Of a stretch of 64,000 bases of DNA, positions 50,482 to 61,404 are shown one piece after another; the stretch's first letter is position 1; each line of letters starts with the position of its first letter. The stretch covers positions 1,312,001 to 1,376,000 of the forward strand of contig CBDBDR010000017.1 in assembly GCA_965203965.1 (NCBI GenBank), read 5' to 3'. The notes below the pieces were generated by a model. That model was not told the origin of the DNA and made no database searches. It worked only from the letters and a program-made list of their open reading frames with translations. This stretch comes from Thermodesulfobacteriota bacterium. GTDB taxonomy: Bacteria > Desulfobacterota_D > UBA1144 > Nemesobacterales > JAJCZQ01. The translations under genes and the position numbers were made by a program.

Positions 50482-51663
50482 TTACGAACAGAGCTTTTTT
50501 ATACCCCGTGAAGCCTGCATTATTCTCTTTTCATTTTCAACCAGTGCCAATCTTATAAAACCTTCTCCATACTGACCAAATCCAATTCCGGGGGACGTTG
50601 CAACTTTTGCCTCTTCTATAAGTAGTTTTGAAAACTCCAATGAGCCGAGTTTTTTATATTTATCGGGTATTTCTGCCCAGACGAACATGGTGGCTTTGGG
50701 CATATCTATTTTCCACCCTGATCTGTTAAAGGACTCTATGAGCTTGTTCCTTCTTGATTTGTAAGTGGCGTTGATTTCTCTCACGCATTCCTGTGAGCCG
50801 TTCAGGGCTTGAATTGATGCTATCTGAATAGGCTGAAATATCCCGTAATCAAGGTAGCCTTTAATGCGTTTCAAAGCAGAAACGATTTTACTATTCCCTA
50901 CCATAAAACCAACTCTCCAACCTGGCATGTTGTAGCTTTTGGACAGAGAATAGAACTCCACCGCCACGTCAAGTGCTCCCTTAATCTCCAGTATGCTTGG
51001 TGCTTTATAGTTGTCAAAGCACAAGTCGGCGTAAGCGAGATCGTGAACTATTATTAGTCCGGATTCTTTTGCCAGTTCCACAATGTCTGCAAAAAATTTC
51101 TTCTCCACGGTTTTTGTGGTTGGGTTGTTGGGGAAAGAAAGTATCAAAACTTTGGGCTTAGGCCAAACTTCATTCAGCGTTTTTTGTATTGATTCAATCA
51201 GTTCATCTCCATCAGTCAGTGGTATGCTTTGTACATCTCCACGAGAAATTATCACAGAATAAATATGAATTGGGTATGCAGGATTTGGAACGATAACAGT
51301 GTCTCCGGGTGAGAGTATTGATAGCATTAGGTGCGAGATACCCTCTTTGGAACCTATTGTTACGACAGCTTCGGTTTCCGGGTTCAACTCAACGTTATAA
51401 TTTCTTTTATACCAGTTTGTGATAGCCAGCCTCAACTTGTATATTCCCGCAGAGGCAGAATACCTGTGATTTCTTGATTTGGATGAGGCCTCTTTCAGTT
51501 TTTTAACTATATGTTCCGGAGTAGGTTGATCAGGATTGCCCATTCCCAGATCAATTATATCTTCCCCTTTTGCCCTTGCTCTTGTTTTATATTCATTAAC
51601 TACGTTGAATACATAAGGGGGCAATCTTTTAATAAGGGAAAAATCATCGTCCAAGTTGATCAT
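50482..51663 (-). CDS. PLP-dependent class I/II aminotransferase (AlaC-like)
   Basis: [15 protein letters not shown] and [14 protein letters not shown]. Confidence 0.88.
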   Translation of the reverse strand: MINLDDDFSLIKRLPPYVFNVVNEYKTRARAKGEDIIDLGMGNPDQPTPEHIVKKLKEASSKSRNHRYSASAGIYKLRLAITNWYKRNYNVELNPETEAVVTIGSKEGISHLMLSILSPGDTVIVPNPAYPIHIYSVIISRGDVQSIPLTDGDELIESIQKTLNEVWPKPKVLILSFPNNPTTKTVEKKFFADIVELAKESGLIIVHDLAYADLCFDNYKAPSILEIKGALDVAVEFYSLSKSYNMPGWRVGFMVGNSKIVSALKRIKGYLDYGIFQPIQIASIQALNGSQECVREINATYKSRRNKLIESFNRSGWKIDMPKATMFVWAEIPDKYKKLGSLEFSKLLIEEAKVATSPGIGFGQYGEGFIRLALVENEKRIMQASRGIKKLCS

Positions 51664-52137
51664 TGTTTTATTTCCAGAACTATAAAAAGTAAATTCTATT
51701 ATAAATACGGACAATCTCAAGGAGTGGGGAATACCTGATGTTTAATAATAAAGGATAATTGTTCAAACGAGTAATAATTGATGGGCATGAAAAGAATTAT
51801 TAATTTGTGTTATGTGCAAGTAGTTCTTAAAGTGCTTTAAAATCCTTTGGTAATCTCTTTTAAGCATTTAACGGAGTACCTTTCTATAATTTTTCATTTT
51901 TCTATTTTCAAAAAGTATTTTTCTATCATCAATATAATAAATTCAAGAGTGTATTTAACTATCATAGTTTAAGGAGTTTCAAGGCAAACTTTACAGATTA
52001 ATTTTCAATTTGATATATAAGTTTTAGCTAAAACCAAACTATATACGTTAATTAAATACTTCGTTTGCCTGATAACAGATTTATTGCTTATAATTACTTT
52101 TGTATTATCAGTGCTTTCAAATATGATTAGTACAATT

Positions 52138-52821
52138 ATGTTCAAGACTATTTTAATCTCTTTATTTATATGTTTCCTGATAACAGGTTGCTTCAATAGA
52201 GGGGGTAATGTTGAAGGGAGTGATACAATAAGCTATGAGCATAAAGGTTCAAAAGACATTAACGATTATACACAGAAGGGGATTGCTTCCTGGTATGGGG
52301 ATAAGGAGCATGGAAATAAGACAGCAAGCGGTGAAAAGTTCAGCAGATATGCCTACACGGCTGCCCACAAAACTATTCCATTTGGTACTGTTGTGAGGGT
52401 TACAAATCTGGAAAACGGTAAAGACGTTGTGGTTACAATAAACGACAGGGGGCCTTTTATAAAGGGCAGAATCATAGATCTTTCTTATTCTTCTGCTCTT
52501 GCCATTGATTTGGTCAGGACTGGAATCACCAAGGTTAAAGTAGAGGTAATTTCCTCACCTTCGTTAAGGAGTAATAGTTATTTCAGACCTGTCTATACTG
52601 TGCAGGTCGGATCCTTCAGCAGTAAAATTAATGCCTTGTCTGTGAAAAATGAACTGCGTTCTGTGACAAGTAGTGATGATATACGTATAGAGCGTGTTAA
52701 GGTTAAAGGCGACACTTATTACAGGGTGAGAGTTGGCATGTTTTCACAAAAATCTCAAGCTGAGAAGTTAAAGAAAAAGCTTCGCAGTTACGGTTACAGG
52801 GGGAAAGTTGTGCTGGAGTAG
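52138..52821 (+). CDS. rlpA: Septal ring lytic transglycosylase RlpA (DPBB + SPOR)
   Basis: LITGC lipobox, GIASWYG, TAAHKT, INDRGPF and VQVGSF SPOR. Confidence 0.92.
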   Translation: MFKTILISLFICFLITGCFNRGGNVEGSDTISYEHKGSKDINDYTQKGIASWYGDKEHGNKTASGEKFSRYAYTAAHKTIPFGTVVRVTNLENGKDVVVTINDRGPFIKGRIIDLSYSSALAIDLVRTGITKVKVEVISSPSLRSNSYFRPVYTVQVGSFSSKINALSVKNELRSVTSSDDIRIERVKVKGDTYYRVRVGMFSQKSQAEKLKKKLRSYGYRGKVVLE

Positions 52822-52866
52822 AAATTTCTCACCGAATTTTATTTTCCACTGATTACTATATCAATA

Positions 52867-53673
52867 ATGTCAAAAACAAGAATAACTAATTTGCACGTGA
52901 TGAAGAAAGAAAGTAAGAAAATCACGATGATAACCGCCTATGATTTTTATACCGCAGAAATTTTGGACGAAGCGGGGGTTAACGTGGTGCTTGTTGGGGA
53001 TTCTCTTGGAAATGTTGTGCAAGGTGAAAAAGATACTCTTTCTGTGACAATGGATCAGATGATCTATCACACCTTGATTGTATCCAGAGGCTTGAAAAGT
53101 GCTCACTTATCCAGCGATATGCCTTTCATGTCATACCATGCTTCCAAGACTGAAGCTATAAGAAATGCGGGAAGATTGGTCAAAGAAGGGAAAACTGAAT
53201 CCGTAAAACTTGAGGTTAATGAAGAGTATATTGATACGGTTTATGCTATAAATAAGGCAGGTATACCAGTTATATCACATATCGGACTTTGTCCTCAATC
53301 CCTTCATGTTATGGGTGGTTATAAAATGCAGGGACGTTCAAAAGAAGATGGTGATCACATATTAGAACTTGCTACTCTTTCAGAAGAAGCTGGGGCTTTT
53401 ATGCTTCTGCTCGAAAGCATTCCTGAAAATCTTGCGAAAAAGATCACCGAATCGGTAAATATTCCAACCATAGGAATTGGTGCTGGAAGATACTGTGATG
53501 GGCATGTGCTAGTGTTTCACGATATGATGGGATTGAGCAAAGGCCCACAGCCTAGTTTTGTGAAGAAGTTTGCTGAAGGCAAGAAACTGTTTAAGCAAGC
53601 TGCTGAGGAGTATATTGAGCAAGTAAAAAAAGGTAAATTTCCCGGTAAGGATCAATCTCATGAGCAGTTCTGA
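52867..53673 (+). CDS. panB: 3-methyl-2-oxobutanoate hydroxymethyltransferase
   Basis: TAYD, LVGDSLG and PTIGIGAG. Confidence 0.95.
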   Translation: MSKTRITNLHVMKKESKKITMITAYDFYTAEILDEAGVNVVLVGDSLGNVVQGEKDTLSVTMDQMIYHTLIVSRGLKSAHLSSDMPFMSYHASKTEAIRNAGRLVKEGKTESVKLEVNEEYIDTVYAINKAGIPVISHIGLCPQSLHVMGGYKMQGRSKEDGDHILELATLSEEAGAFMLLLESIPENLAKKITESVNIPTIGIGAGRYCDGHVLVFHDMMGLSKGPQPSFVKKFAEGKKLFKQAAEEYIEQVKKGKFPGKDQSHEQF

Positions 53674-54517
53674 AAAACCAGTTATTATCAAAGGATCATT
53701 GGAATTATGCTCGCTCTCAAATGATTTTAAGATAAAGGGCAAAAAAATTGCTTTTGTTCCTACGATGGGATCTCTTCATAAAGGGCATTTGAGTTTGATA
53801 TCTAAGGCAAACAAGTTAGGCGATGTTACAGTGGTAAGCATATTTGTCAATCCTACACAGTTTGGAGAGAATGAGGATTTTGACCATTATACTAGGGATG
53901 TTGAAGGCGATATTGACAAACTGTCTGATTACAAGGTTGACGTGGTTTTTGTGCCGGAAGCCAACGAAATTTATTCATCTGGTTTTCAAACCTATGTTGA
54001 GGTAACTGAACTTCAAAACTGTATGTGTGGTTTGCATAGGCCGGGTCATTTCAGGGGAGTAGCCACTGTGGTGTTGAAGTTGTTTAATATAGTTAAACCG
54101 GACTATGCAGTCTTTGGGCAAAAGGATTACCAACAATTGAAGATAATTGAGCAGATGGTCAAGGATCTAAATCTGGAAGTCAGCATAGTATCGATTCCCA
54201 TAGTTAGAGATAAAGATGGATTGGCACTGAGTTCCAGAAACAAGTATCTTTCGGATGAGCAAAAAGAAAAGGCCCTTGCGGTCTCAAAGGCATTGTTTAG
54301 TATTCGCCAAAGTTTTCTACAAGGTTGTAAAAATGTTCCGGGTCTTGTAAATATCGGAAAAAAAATTCTTGCTGATTGTAATATTGATAACGTGGATTAT
54401 TTGGAGATAAGGGATTGCGAGGATATTACCTTGAAAAAAGAAGCTGAGTCTGGCAATTTAGTTGCCCTTGCCGTCAGAATAGGGGAGAATAGATTGATAG
54501 ACAATATAATTTTGTAG
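53660..54517 (+). CDS. panC: Pantoate--beta-alanine ligase
   Basis: PTMGSLHKGH, FGQKDYQQ, LSSRN and RLIDN. Confidence 0.96.
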   Translation: MSSSEKPVIIKGSLELCSLSNDFKIKGKKIAFVPTMGSLHKGHLSLISKANKLGDVTVVSIFVNPTQFGENEDFDHYTRDVEGDIDKLSDYKVDVVFVPEANEIYSSGFQTYVEVTELQNCMCGLHRPGHFRGVATVVLKLFNIVKPDYAVFGQKDYQQLKIIEQMVKDLNLEVSIVSIPIVRDKDGLALSSRNKYLSDEQKEKALAVSKALFSIRQSFLQGCKNVPGLVNIGKKILADCNIDNVDYLEIRDCEDITLKKEAESGNLVALAVRIGENRLIDNIIL

Positions 54518-54541
54518 TCAGTTTACAGAGATGAGCTTATT

Positions 54542-54931
54542 ATGAAGAGGTCATTACTTAAATCTAAAATACATCGTGTCATAGTTACAGAGGCTGACCT
54601 GGATTATGAAGGAAGCCTTACAGTTGATAAATGTCTTATGGAAGCCGCCGATTTACTTCCCTATGAGGAAGTCCATATTTTTAATATTACAAATGGACAT
54701 AGGTTTTCAACTTATGTTATTGAGGGTGCCGCCGATTCCAACACAATTTGCGTAAATGGAGCCGCAGCGCATCTGGCAAGAGAAGGTGATTGCCTTATAG
54801 TTGCAAGTTTTGCACACTATGATGAAACTGAGTGTAAGAGTCATGTTCCAAGACTAATATATGTAAATGAATTAAATGAAATAATTGATTTCAAGCCTGA
54901 TGGAATTAACTTAGAGTTGGCAAAGAGTTGA
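54542..54931 (+). CDS. panD: Aspartate 1-decarboxylase
   Basis: KSKIHR, YEG-S cleavage site and NGAAA. Confidence 0.96.
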   Translation: MKRSLLKSKIHRVIVTEADLDYEGSLTVDKCLMEAADLLPYEEVHIFNITNGHRFSTYVIEGAADSNTICVNGAAAHLAREGDCLIVASFAHYDETECKSHVPRLIYVNELNEIIDFKPDGINLELAKS

Positions 54932-55097
54932 TCACCCATCAGACAGTGTTTTTTCATGTGGTTATTGACAAGTTTTAACTATAAGGTTATAGAATAAACC
55001 CAAATTGAAAACAAAACTAAGAACGACAGAGTTTTGCAGATTCTCTCTTTTGCGTAATTGACTGGAAATTTTACCGGAGGTTTTTTAGAAATAAATA

Positions 55098-55874
55098 ATG
55101 AAAGCAATAATACTTGCAGCTGGCAGAGGTTCCAGATTAGCTCCATACACTAACCATATACCCAAATGTTTGCTTGATATCGGCGGAGTGACAATTTTAG
55201 AGCACCAACTCAACCATATCAGGTATTGTGGGATAACTGAAGTGGCTGTTGTTGTAGGTTTTGGATTTGATAAGGTAGAAAATTTTCTTAGAAGTTATGA
55301 CGGACTGGGAATTAAAATCAAGACGCTTTACAATCCTTTTTATCAGACAACAAACAGTCTAATATCTTTGTGTATTGCTCGTAGTGAGATGAATGATGAT
55401 ATACTGGTAATGAATGGGGACGATGTCTTTGAAGTTGATGTAATCAACAAACTTTTATCGGTTACCAATGAAAGATTTTGCATGCCCATCAAAAAAAGAT
55501 TGTTATACGATGATGAAGACATGAAGATAAGGCTGAATAAAGATAAGATAGTTAGCATAAGTAAGGGAATTACAAACAATATATCTGCAGAGTCAGTGGG
55601 GTTGAGGGTGTTTAGAGACACAGGAGTAGAAATACTGAAAAGAGCAATTGAAGAAGAAATGCGCACTTTTTTGTCCGAGAAAAAGTGGTATATATCTGCA
55701 GTGCAAAGACTTATAAACAGGGGTTACAAAGTTAAGTCTGTGGATATAGGTGATTTGTTTTGGATGGATGTTGATTTTCCATCGGACCTATCTAAGGTCA
55801 GAGCAAATTCGGATAAATTCCTGAACGCTAGTCAAAGCCGTGTTTATTTGAGAGTAGTGGGATCCAATTCATAA
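55098..55874 (+). CDS. Phosphocholine/inositol-phosphate cytidylyltransferase-family NTP transferase
   Basis: ILAAGRGSRL, PKCLL, NGDD and WMDVDFPSDL. Confidence 0.82.
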   Translation: MKAIILAAGRGSRLAPYTNHIPKCLLDIGGVTILEHQLNHIRYCGITEVAVVVGFGFDKVENFLRSYDGLGIKIKTLYNPFYQTTNSLISLCIARSEMNDDILVMNGDDVFEVDVINKLLSVTNERFCMPIKKRLLYDDEDMKIRLNKDKIVSISKGITNNISAESVGLRVFRDTGVEILKRAIEEEMRTFLSEKKWYISAVQRLINRGYKVKSVDIGDLFWMDVDFPSDLSKVRANSDKFLNASQSRVYLRVVGSNS

Positions 55875-55878
55875 GACA

Positions 55879-57138
55879 GTGCATGCCTTAGTAATAGTTT
55901 CTGCTGATGGATTGAATGGGGAGTCACTTAATTCTTTCCCTTTCCTTTCCGTTGCTGAAGTTACTCAGCTAAAAAGACTCCTGATTAATTCCGAAAGAGC
56001 AGGAATTACCCGCTTTACTATTATCTGTGAAGAGAACATAAAGTTCTCAATACTTGATTTGATAAAGGACAGAAGGATCCAGTCACGGATTGATCTGGTA
56101 ACAAAAAATGAGAAACCTGACTTGGATGCTGAAGAAGAATACATTGTTATTCAGTCCAACCTTTTGATTTATCATACGTCTATCAAGCAGTTTATTAGTC
56201 TGTCGGAACAAGTGAAGTTCGTAACTGTGCTTTCCGATAAAAACAATAATATTTACGGTTTGTTGAAAGTAAGTAGGGTGGAAGCAGAAAAAATTATTAA
56301 CGGCGGAAACTTACGTTTCTGGTTTGAGCAGCAAGGCGATAAATCCATCAAATACATAAGTGTTGAAGATGGTTATTATATGAACTTATCTGATGACCCG
56401 GACTCACTTCATAGAGCAAATGATTTAATATTTTCTAATATAGGTAAAACTGCAACCGGCTGGATAGCAAGGAATATCAACGGTAGAATATCCTTACCTA
56501 TTAGTCGACAGTTAATTAAAACATCTTTGACACCTAACGCCATAAGCATTTTGATTAACGTGATTGGTGTGCTTTGCGGTCCCTTTTATGCAATTGGATA
56601 TCCTGTCGTTGGTGCAATATCCATGCAGATTGCTACAATTTTAGACCGCTGTGATGGTGAAGTTGCTAGGGCAAAGTTGATGGAAACTAAAAGAGGACAG
56701 TGGATAGATACCATAAGTGATCAGTTTACAGTGCTTTCATTTTATGTAGGTCTTCCAATTGGTTACTACCTTGAGACTGGTAGCAATTGGATAATTTTTG
56801 TCGGAATTATGAATGTATTACTATACTTTTTCTTTCTAGTATGGTCTTTCTATTTTCTCAGAAAATATACGGATTCTGGCAGTCTTGTAGCCTATTTTGA
56901 AGTTGATAAAATAGTGAGTAAAGAAGATACTTCTGTCATCAGGAAGTTTATATATTTTTTGAGACCCCTTGGCAGAAGGAATTTTTACTCTATGGCTTTT
57001 CTGGTTATGGCAATCATATCGGGCTATTGGTTGACATTTTTCTTTGCAACCCTCGCTATAATATTATTTTTCCTTCATCAACTTGAAGATATGATAAGGA
57101 TCGGTAGAATGCGAAGAAAGGTTCCCAATAGTCTGTAA
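55879..57138 (+). CDS. CDP-alcohol phosphotransferase with degenerate N-terminal NTP-transferase-like domain
   Basis: LTPNAIS and DRCDGEVAR...GQWIDTISD CDP-OH motif. Confidence 0.85.
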   Translation: MHALVIVSADGLNGESLNSFPFLSVAEVTQLKRLLINSERAGITRFTIICEENIKFSILDLIKDRRIQSRIDLVTKNEKPDLDAEEEYIVIQSNLLIYHTSIKQFISLSEQVKFVTVLSDKNNNIYGLLKVSRVEAEKIINGGNLRFWFEQQGDKSIKYISVEDGYYMNLSDDPDSLHRANDLIFSNIGKTATGWIARNINGRISLPISRQLIKTSLTPNAISILINVIGVLCGPFYAIGYPVVGAISMQIATILDRCDGEVARAKLMETKRGQWIDTISDQFTVLSFYVGLPIGYYLETGSNWIIFVGIMNVLLYFFFLVWSFYFLRKYTDSGSLVAYFEVDKIVSKEDTSVIRKFIYFLRPLGRRNFYSMAFLVMAIISGYWLTFFFATLAIILFFLHQLEDMIRIGRMRRKVPNSL

Positions 57139-57178
57139 ACAATTTCTATTTGACTGTCATGTAGTTTTATCGGGGGTT

Positions 57179-58741
57179 TTATGAGGGAAGGTTATTTTTT
57201 TTCATGTAATACTGGAGTTCCTGTTTTACGTCAGGGAATAAAACAAACATCCCTGCAATGTTTACAAAAGCCATGAGAAAAATCAGGGAGTCCGATATAT
57301 TGATCACCTGAGTCAAACTCAGTGTGGAGCCAACCACTACTAAAATGCAGAATATTATCTTGAAAGAAATCTCACTCCATTTTGTTTCACCCATTAGAAA
57401 TGTCCAACTCTTGAGTCCGTAGTAGCTCCAGGAAATTATTGTTGAGAAAGCAAACATGAAAGCTGCCAGTCCCAATACATAGGGAAACCAAGGTATTGCT
57501 TTACCGAAGGCTGCCGAGGTTATTTCAATTCCACTTACTCCTCCCTGTGGTGTCTGATATGTTCCCATTAAAATTATTACAATCGATGTCATAGTGCATA
57601 TAATTACCGTGTCTATGAAGGGTTCAAGAAGCGAGACCAGTCCCTCTGTTGCAGGGTAGGAGGTCTTGACAGCCGAGTGGGCAATTGGTGCAGACCCGAG
57701 TCCTGCTTCGTTTGAAAAAGCAGCTCTTTGAAACCCCCATATCATTACACCCAAAGCTCCGCCTTCAACCCCTTCCGTTGTAAATGCTCCGGATATTATA
57801 AGACCTATTACACCGGGTATTTTATCAACGTTTAGTGCGATGATTATGATTGCTGCTCCAACATAAATTAAAGCCATGAACGGCACCAATCTGCTTGTTA
57901 CACGTGCTATACTCCTGATGCCTCCGATGATCACAAGAGCCACAATTACTGACATAATTATACCGAAGAACCAACCTGCAATTTCTATTTTCTGTCCGGC
58001 AATTATTTGAACCTGTCTAAAAGACTGATTTGCCTGAAATATACACCCTGCACCTATCGCGCCACCAATGCAAAAGATTGAAAACAACACTGCGAGGAAT
58101 TTCCCAAGCCTTTTCATACCTCTTTTTTCAAATCCGCGAGAAAGATAATACATGGGTCCGCCTGACACTGATCCGTCCGGATTTTCCTGCCGGTATTTTA
58201 CCCCCAATGTACATTCGCAGAACTTGAGTGACATTCCGAGAAATCCGGCAATAATCATCCAGAAAGTTGCTCCGGGCCCCCCTTTGGACACTGCTATTGC
58301 CACACCTGCTATATTGCCCAGTCCAACTGTTGCTGCGCAAGCAGTTGACAGTGCCTGAAAGTGAGACACTTCTCCAGGAGCTGTTGGATCGGGATCTTCT
58401 CCTTTTATGAGTGCAATTGCACGTCTGAATCCCCAGATATTTATGAACTTGAAATAAAGGGTGAAGAATATTCCGGCAATTATTATAAGTGCCACCACGA
58501 TCTTTATATCTGTTTTGAACAAAGACACAGAGTAAAAGACTGTTTTCGAAAGAAAATCCGACACCGGCGCTACAAAGTTGTCAATATTTTCATCCACACC
58601 GGCAAACGATAAAGACGGGATAAGCAACGCCGCCATAGAAGCGAAAACAAAGAGCATGGAGTTTGTTAAACTTCTCTTTACATTGCGGCTTGTTAAAAAT
58701 GTAAAGCTACCTGTTTTCTGCTCAAAGTTTAGATCTGTCAT
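57179..58741 (-). CDS. Alanine/glycine:cation symporter (AGCS)
   Basis: VSHFQAL, GLGNIAGVA, GGPGATFWM and FSNEAGLGS. Confidence 0.93.
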   Translation of the reverse strand: MTDLNFEQKTGSFTFLTSRNVKRSLTNSMLFVFASMAALLIPSLSFAGVDENIDNFVAPVSDFLSKTVFYSVSLFKTDIKIVVALIIIAGIFFTLYFKFINIWGFRRAIALIKGEDPDPTAPGEVSHFQALSTACAATVGLGNIAGVAIAVSKGGPGATFWMIIAGFLGMSLKFCECTLGVKYRQENPDGSVSGGPMYYLSRGFEKRGMKRLGKFLAVLFSIFCIGGAIGAGCIFQANQSFRQVQIIAGQKIEIAGWFFGIIMSVIVALVIIGGIRSIARVTSRLVPFMALIYVGAAIIIIALNVDKIPGVIGLIISGAFTTEGVEGGALGVMIWGFQRAAFSNEAGLGSAPIAHSAVKTSYPATEGLVSLLEPFIDTVIICTMTSIVIILMGTYQTPQGGVSGIEITSAAFGKAIPWFPYVLGLAAFMFAFSTIISWSYYGLKSWTFLMGETKWSEISFKIIFCILVVVGSTLSLTQVINISDSLIFLMAFVNIAGMFVLFPDVKQELQYYMKKNNLPS

Positions 58742-58913
58742 TGCAAATTTTTCTGTGTTGAATAATCGGGCTTAGCTGTCAGAGTAATTTTTTTGCAACA
58801 CAACATAGTAACATATTTATGTATTGTTGTACAACTTATTTTTTCTTGACAAACACTGAATTAAAATTATTTTAGTAGAGCTAAAATTTAGAGTCACATA
58901 GGACTGAAATAGA

Positions 58914-59357
58914 GTGTCTCTTAAAAAAACTTCCAAAAAAACCACTTCAAAAAGATCAAGTTCAAAATCGAAAGCTAAAGAAAAAAAATCGGTGAACAAG
59001 GGAACCTATTCATCGACTTTTATGAACGAGATGAGAAATACCCTTTTGCATATGAGAAACGAGTTACTTGAGGAAGTGGCTAAATCAGTCAAAGAAGAAT
59101 CTGATCATCTGCGCTTTAATGTCGGAGATTTTTATGATTATGCATCTGAAGATAGACAGCGTGAATTAGCTTTAACTTTGTCTAACAGGGAGCGTGAAAA
59201 ATTAATGCAGATAGAACAGGCTTTAAAGAAAATAGAAGACGGTACTTATGGTATTTGCGAGATCACGGGGGAAAATATAGGTGAGGAAAGACTCAGGGCT
59301 CTTCCTTTTACCACGGTTAGTATAGAAGCTCAAGAAGAGATAGAGAAGGGATATTAG
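58914..59357 (+). CDS. DksA/TraR family protein, one-Cys (Zn-finger-degenerate) type
   Basis: DFYDYA coiled-coil tip; GTYGICEITG...RLRALPFTTVSIEA. Confidence 0.85.
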   Translation: MSLKKTSKKTTSKRSSSKSKAKEKKSVNKGTYSSTFMNEMRNTLLHMRNELLEEVAKSVKEESDHLRFNVGDFYDYASEDRQRELALTLSNREREKLMQIEQALKKIEDGTYGICEITGENIGEERLRALPFTTVSIEAQEEIEKGY

Positions 59358-60391
59358 TCTTTTATCTTGTTTAGTGATTTATCATAGGTTGGTCTGAACA
59401 AGTCTACTTCCGTAATAATTGAATCAACATTGGTGCCCGGGGTAATATCAAATGCCGGATTCATAACCTCAACTTCTGCTGCTAATTTGTTTTCTCCAAC
59501 ATGAGTGACTTCAGATATATCTCTCTGTTCAATTTGTATATCACTGCCAGAATTACATTTGAAGTCAATGGTTGAGGTTGGTGCTGCGACGTAAAAAGGT
59601 ATATTGTGATGTCTGGCAAGCACTGAAACAGTATAAGTGCCTATTTTGTTGGCGACGTCCCCGTTTGAAGCGATTCTATCTGCACCCACAATCACCGAGT
59701 CTATCATTCCATTGCTCATCAGGTGTCCGGCCATATTATCGGTTATCAGGGTTACGGGTATGCCATCTTTTTCCAATTCCCAAGCAGTTAGTCGTGCTCC
59801 TTGCAAGCAAGGACGGGTTTCACAAGAGATAACTCTGATATTTCTGCCTTTTTCATGGGCACTTCTTATAACTCCAAGCGCTGTTCCATATCCTCCTGTG
59901 GCCAAGCCCCCTGCGTTGCAATAGGTCAATACAGTCGAGTCATTTTTTATCAACTCGGAGCCGTTTTCTCCTATCTTGCGGCACGTATCTATATCTTCGT
60001 CCAGTATTCTTTTAGCCTCTTTGATAAGTTTTTGGCGGATTTCAGGAATTTCTTTTTCTTTGTTCTGAAGAATAATTTTTTTCATTCTATTAATTGCCCA
60101 GAACAAATTAAATGCAGTTGGTCTGGTAGAAGCCAGTCTCTCGCAGATTTCATCAAGGTCATATAAGAAATTTTCCTTCTTTGAATCATCTGCTTGCAAT
60201 GAACCTATAGCTATCCCCATGGAGGCAGCAATACCTATTGCCGGTGCTCCCCTGATAACCATTGATCTTATTGCGTCTGCTACTTCTTTATAGGATGTAT
60301 ATTCACGGTAAATTTCCTCATTCGGCAGTTTTGACTGATCTATCATTACCACTTTACTGTCAATCCAGTCTATTGTTTTAAATGAAGACAT
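59354..60391 (-). CDS. mtnA: S-methyl-5-thioribose-1-phosphate isomerase
   Basis: IRGAPAIG, CNAGGLAT, ETRP.LQGARLT and ANKIGT. Confidence 0.95.
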   Translation of the reverse strand: MSSFKTIDWIDSKVVMIDQSKLPNEEIYREYTSYKEVADAIRSMVIRGAPAIGIAASMGIAIGSLQADDSKKENFLYDLDEICERLASTRPTAFNLFWAINRMKKIILQNKEKEIPEIRQKLIKEAKRILDEDIDTCRKIGENGSELIKNDSTVLTYCNAGGLATGGYGTALGVIRSAHEKGRNIRVISCETRPCLQGARLTAWELEKDGIPVTLITDNMAGHLMSNGMIDSVIVGADRIASNGDVANKIGTYTVSVLARHHNIPFYVAAPTSTIDFKCNSGSDIQIEQRDISEVTHVGENKLAAEVEVMNPAFDITPGTNVDSIITEVDLFRPTYDKSLNKIKD

Positions 60392-60393
60392 GT

Positions 60394-61272
60394 CTATTTC
60401 CCTTTGACCACCTTAGTAAAGATCATTCCTATCCATTCACCATCTTTTTTTTCATCTATTTGCTGGAATCCTGCCTTGATTATACCTTTTGCCACTTGTT
60501 CTTTTTTTGCGAGTAGAATCCCAGAAATTATCAGACATCCATTTGGCGAAAGCTTCATCTCAAGCTCATTCTTAATTGACAGAATTATTTCTGCTGAAAT
60601 ATTGACGGCTATTATATCATATAAACCTCTTACACTCTGGATTGAACCACAAAAAGAAGTTATTCTCTTTTCAAGTTTATTTCTCTTTATATTTTCTCTT
60701 GCTTCTCTTATAGCCAGGGGGTCGGTGTCAAAACAAATTGCTTTTTCTACTCCCAGTTTTACGGAGACAATAGACAAAATGCCGCTCCCACATCCAACAT
60801 CTAAAATTGTATTAAAACTTTTACTGTTGTTCAGACTTTCTATGTATCCGATACATAGCTTTGTGGTTTCGTGGTGTCCCGTGCCAAATGCCATTGAAGG
60901 ATTAATTACCACCAGATGCTCGTTATCAGCACATCCTCTCATATCCCATGGCGGCGTAATGTAAACACTTTTGCTAGCTTTTATCCTCTTTAATTTGTTT
61001 TTCCATACTTCCCAACTTGAATTGTCAATATTTTCAACTCTTATTTCTCCAATTTTGAATTTTTTAAGATTCTCTTTTAAAAAACACATATAGTTTTTGA
61101 ATTTGTAGATCACGTGTTCTATATTCACATCAGTCGGAAAGAGTGCAGATATTGTATATTCCCCATTATTATCCTCGGATGTTGCCATGGCCCCAAGTCC
61201 GAGCAAAAAATCCGATGCAAGGTCTTTTATTTCTGACGGAGCGGTTAATTGAATTTTTGTCAATTTTAGCAT
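60394..61272 (-). CDS. prmA: Ribosomal protein L11 methyltransferase
   Basis: PSMAFGTGHHETT and LDVGCGSGILS. Confidence 0.93.
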   Translation of the reverse strand: MLKLTKIQLTAPSEIKDLASDFLLGLGAMATSEDNNGEYTISALFPTDVNIEHVIYKFKNYMCFLKENLKKFKIGEIRVENIDNSSWEVWKNKLKRIKASKSVYITPPWDMRGCADNEHLVVINPSMAFGTGHHETTKLCIGYIESLNNSKSFNTILDVGCGSGILSIVSVKLGVEKAICFDTDPLAIREARENIKRNKLEKRITSFCGSIQSVRGLYDIIAVNISAEIILSIKNELEMKLSPNGCLIISGILLAKKEQVAKGIIKAGFQQIDEKKDGEWIGMIFTKVVKGK

Positions 61273-61404
61273 AAGGGTCTAATAGTAACTAACTGATTAA
61301 GTTGTTAAATTTGTAATAATTTTTGATAAAGCTCGAGTGGGTTAGATGTGGTTTTCTTCTTGTCTTATCTTTTGGTTAGATTATTTGATGATATAATAAA
61401 AACT

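Noticed and set aside
58790..58913. Zur box upstream of the one-Cys DksA
   Set aside because: Only a half-site-like GTAACAT and an unrelated weak palindrome are present
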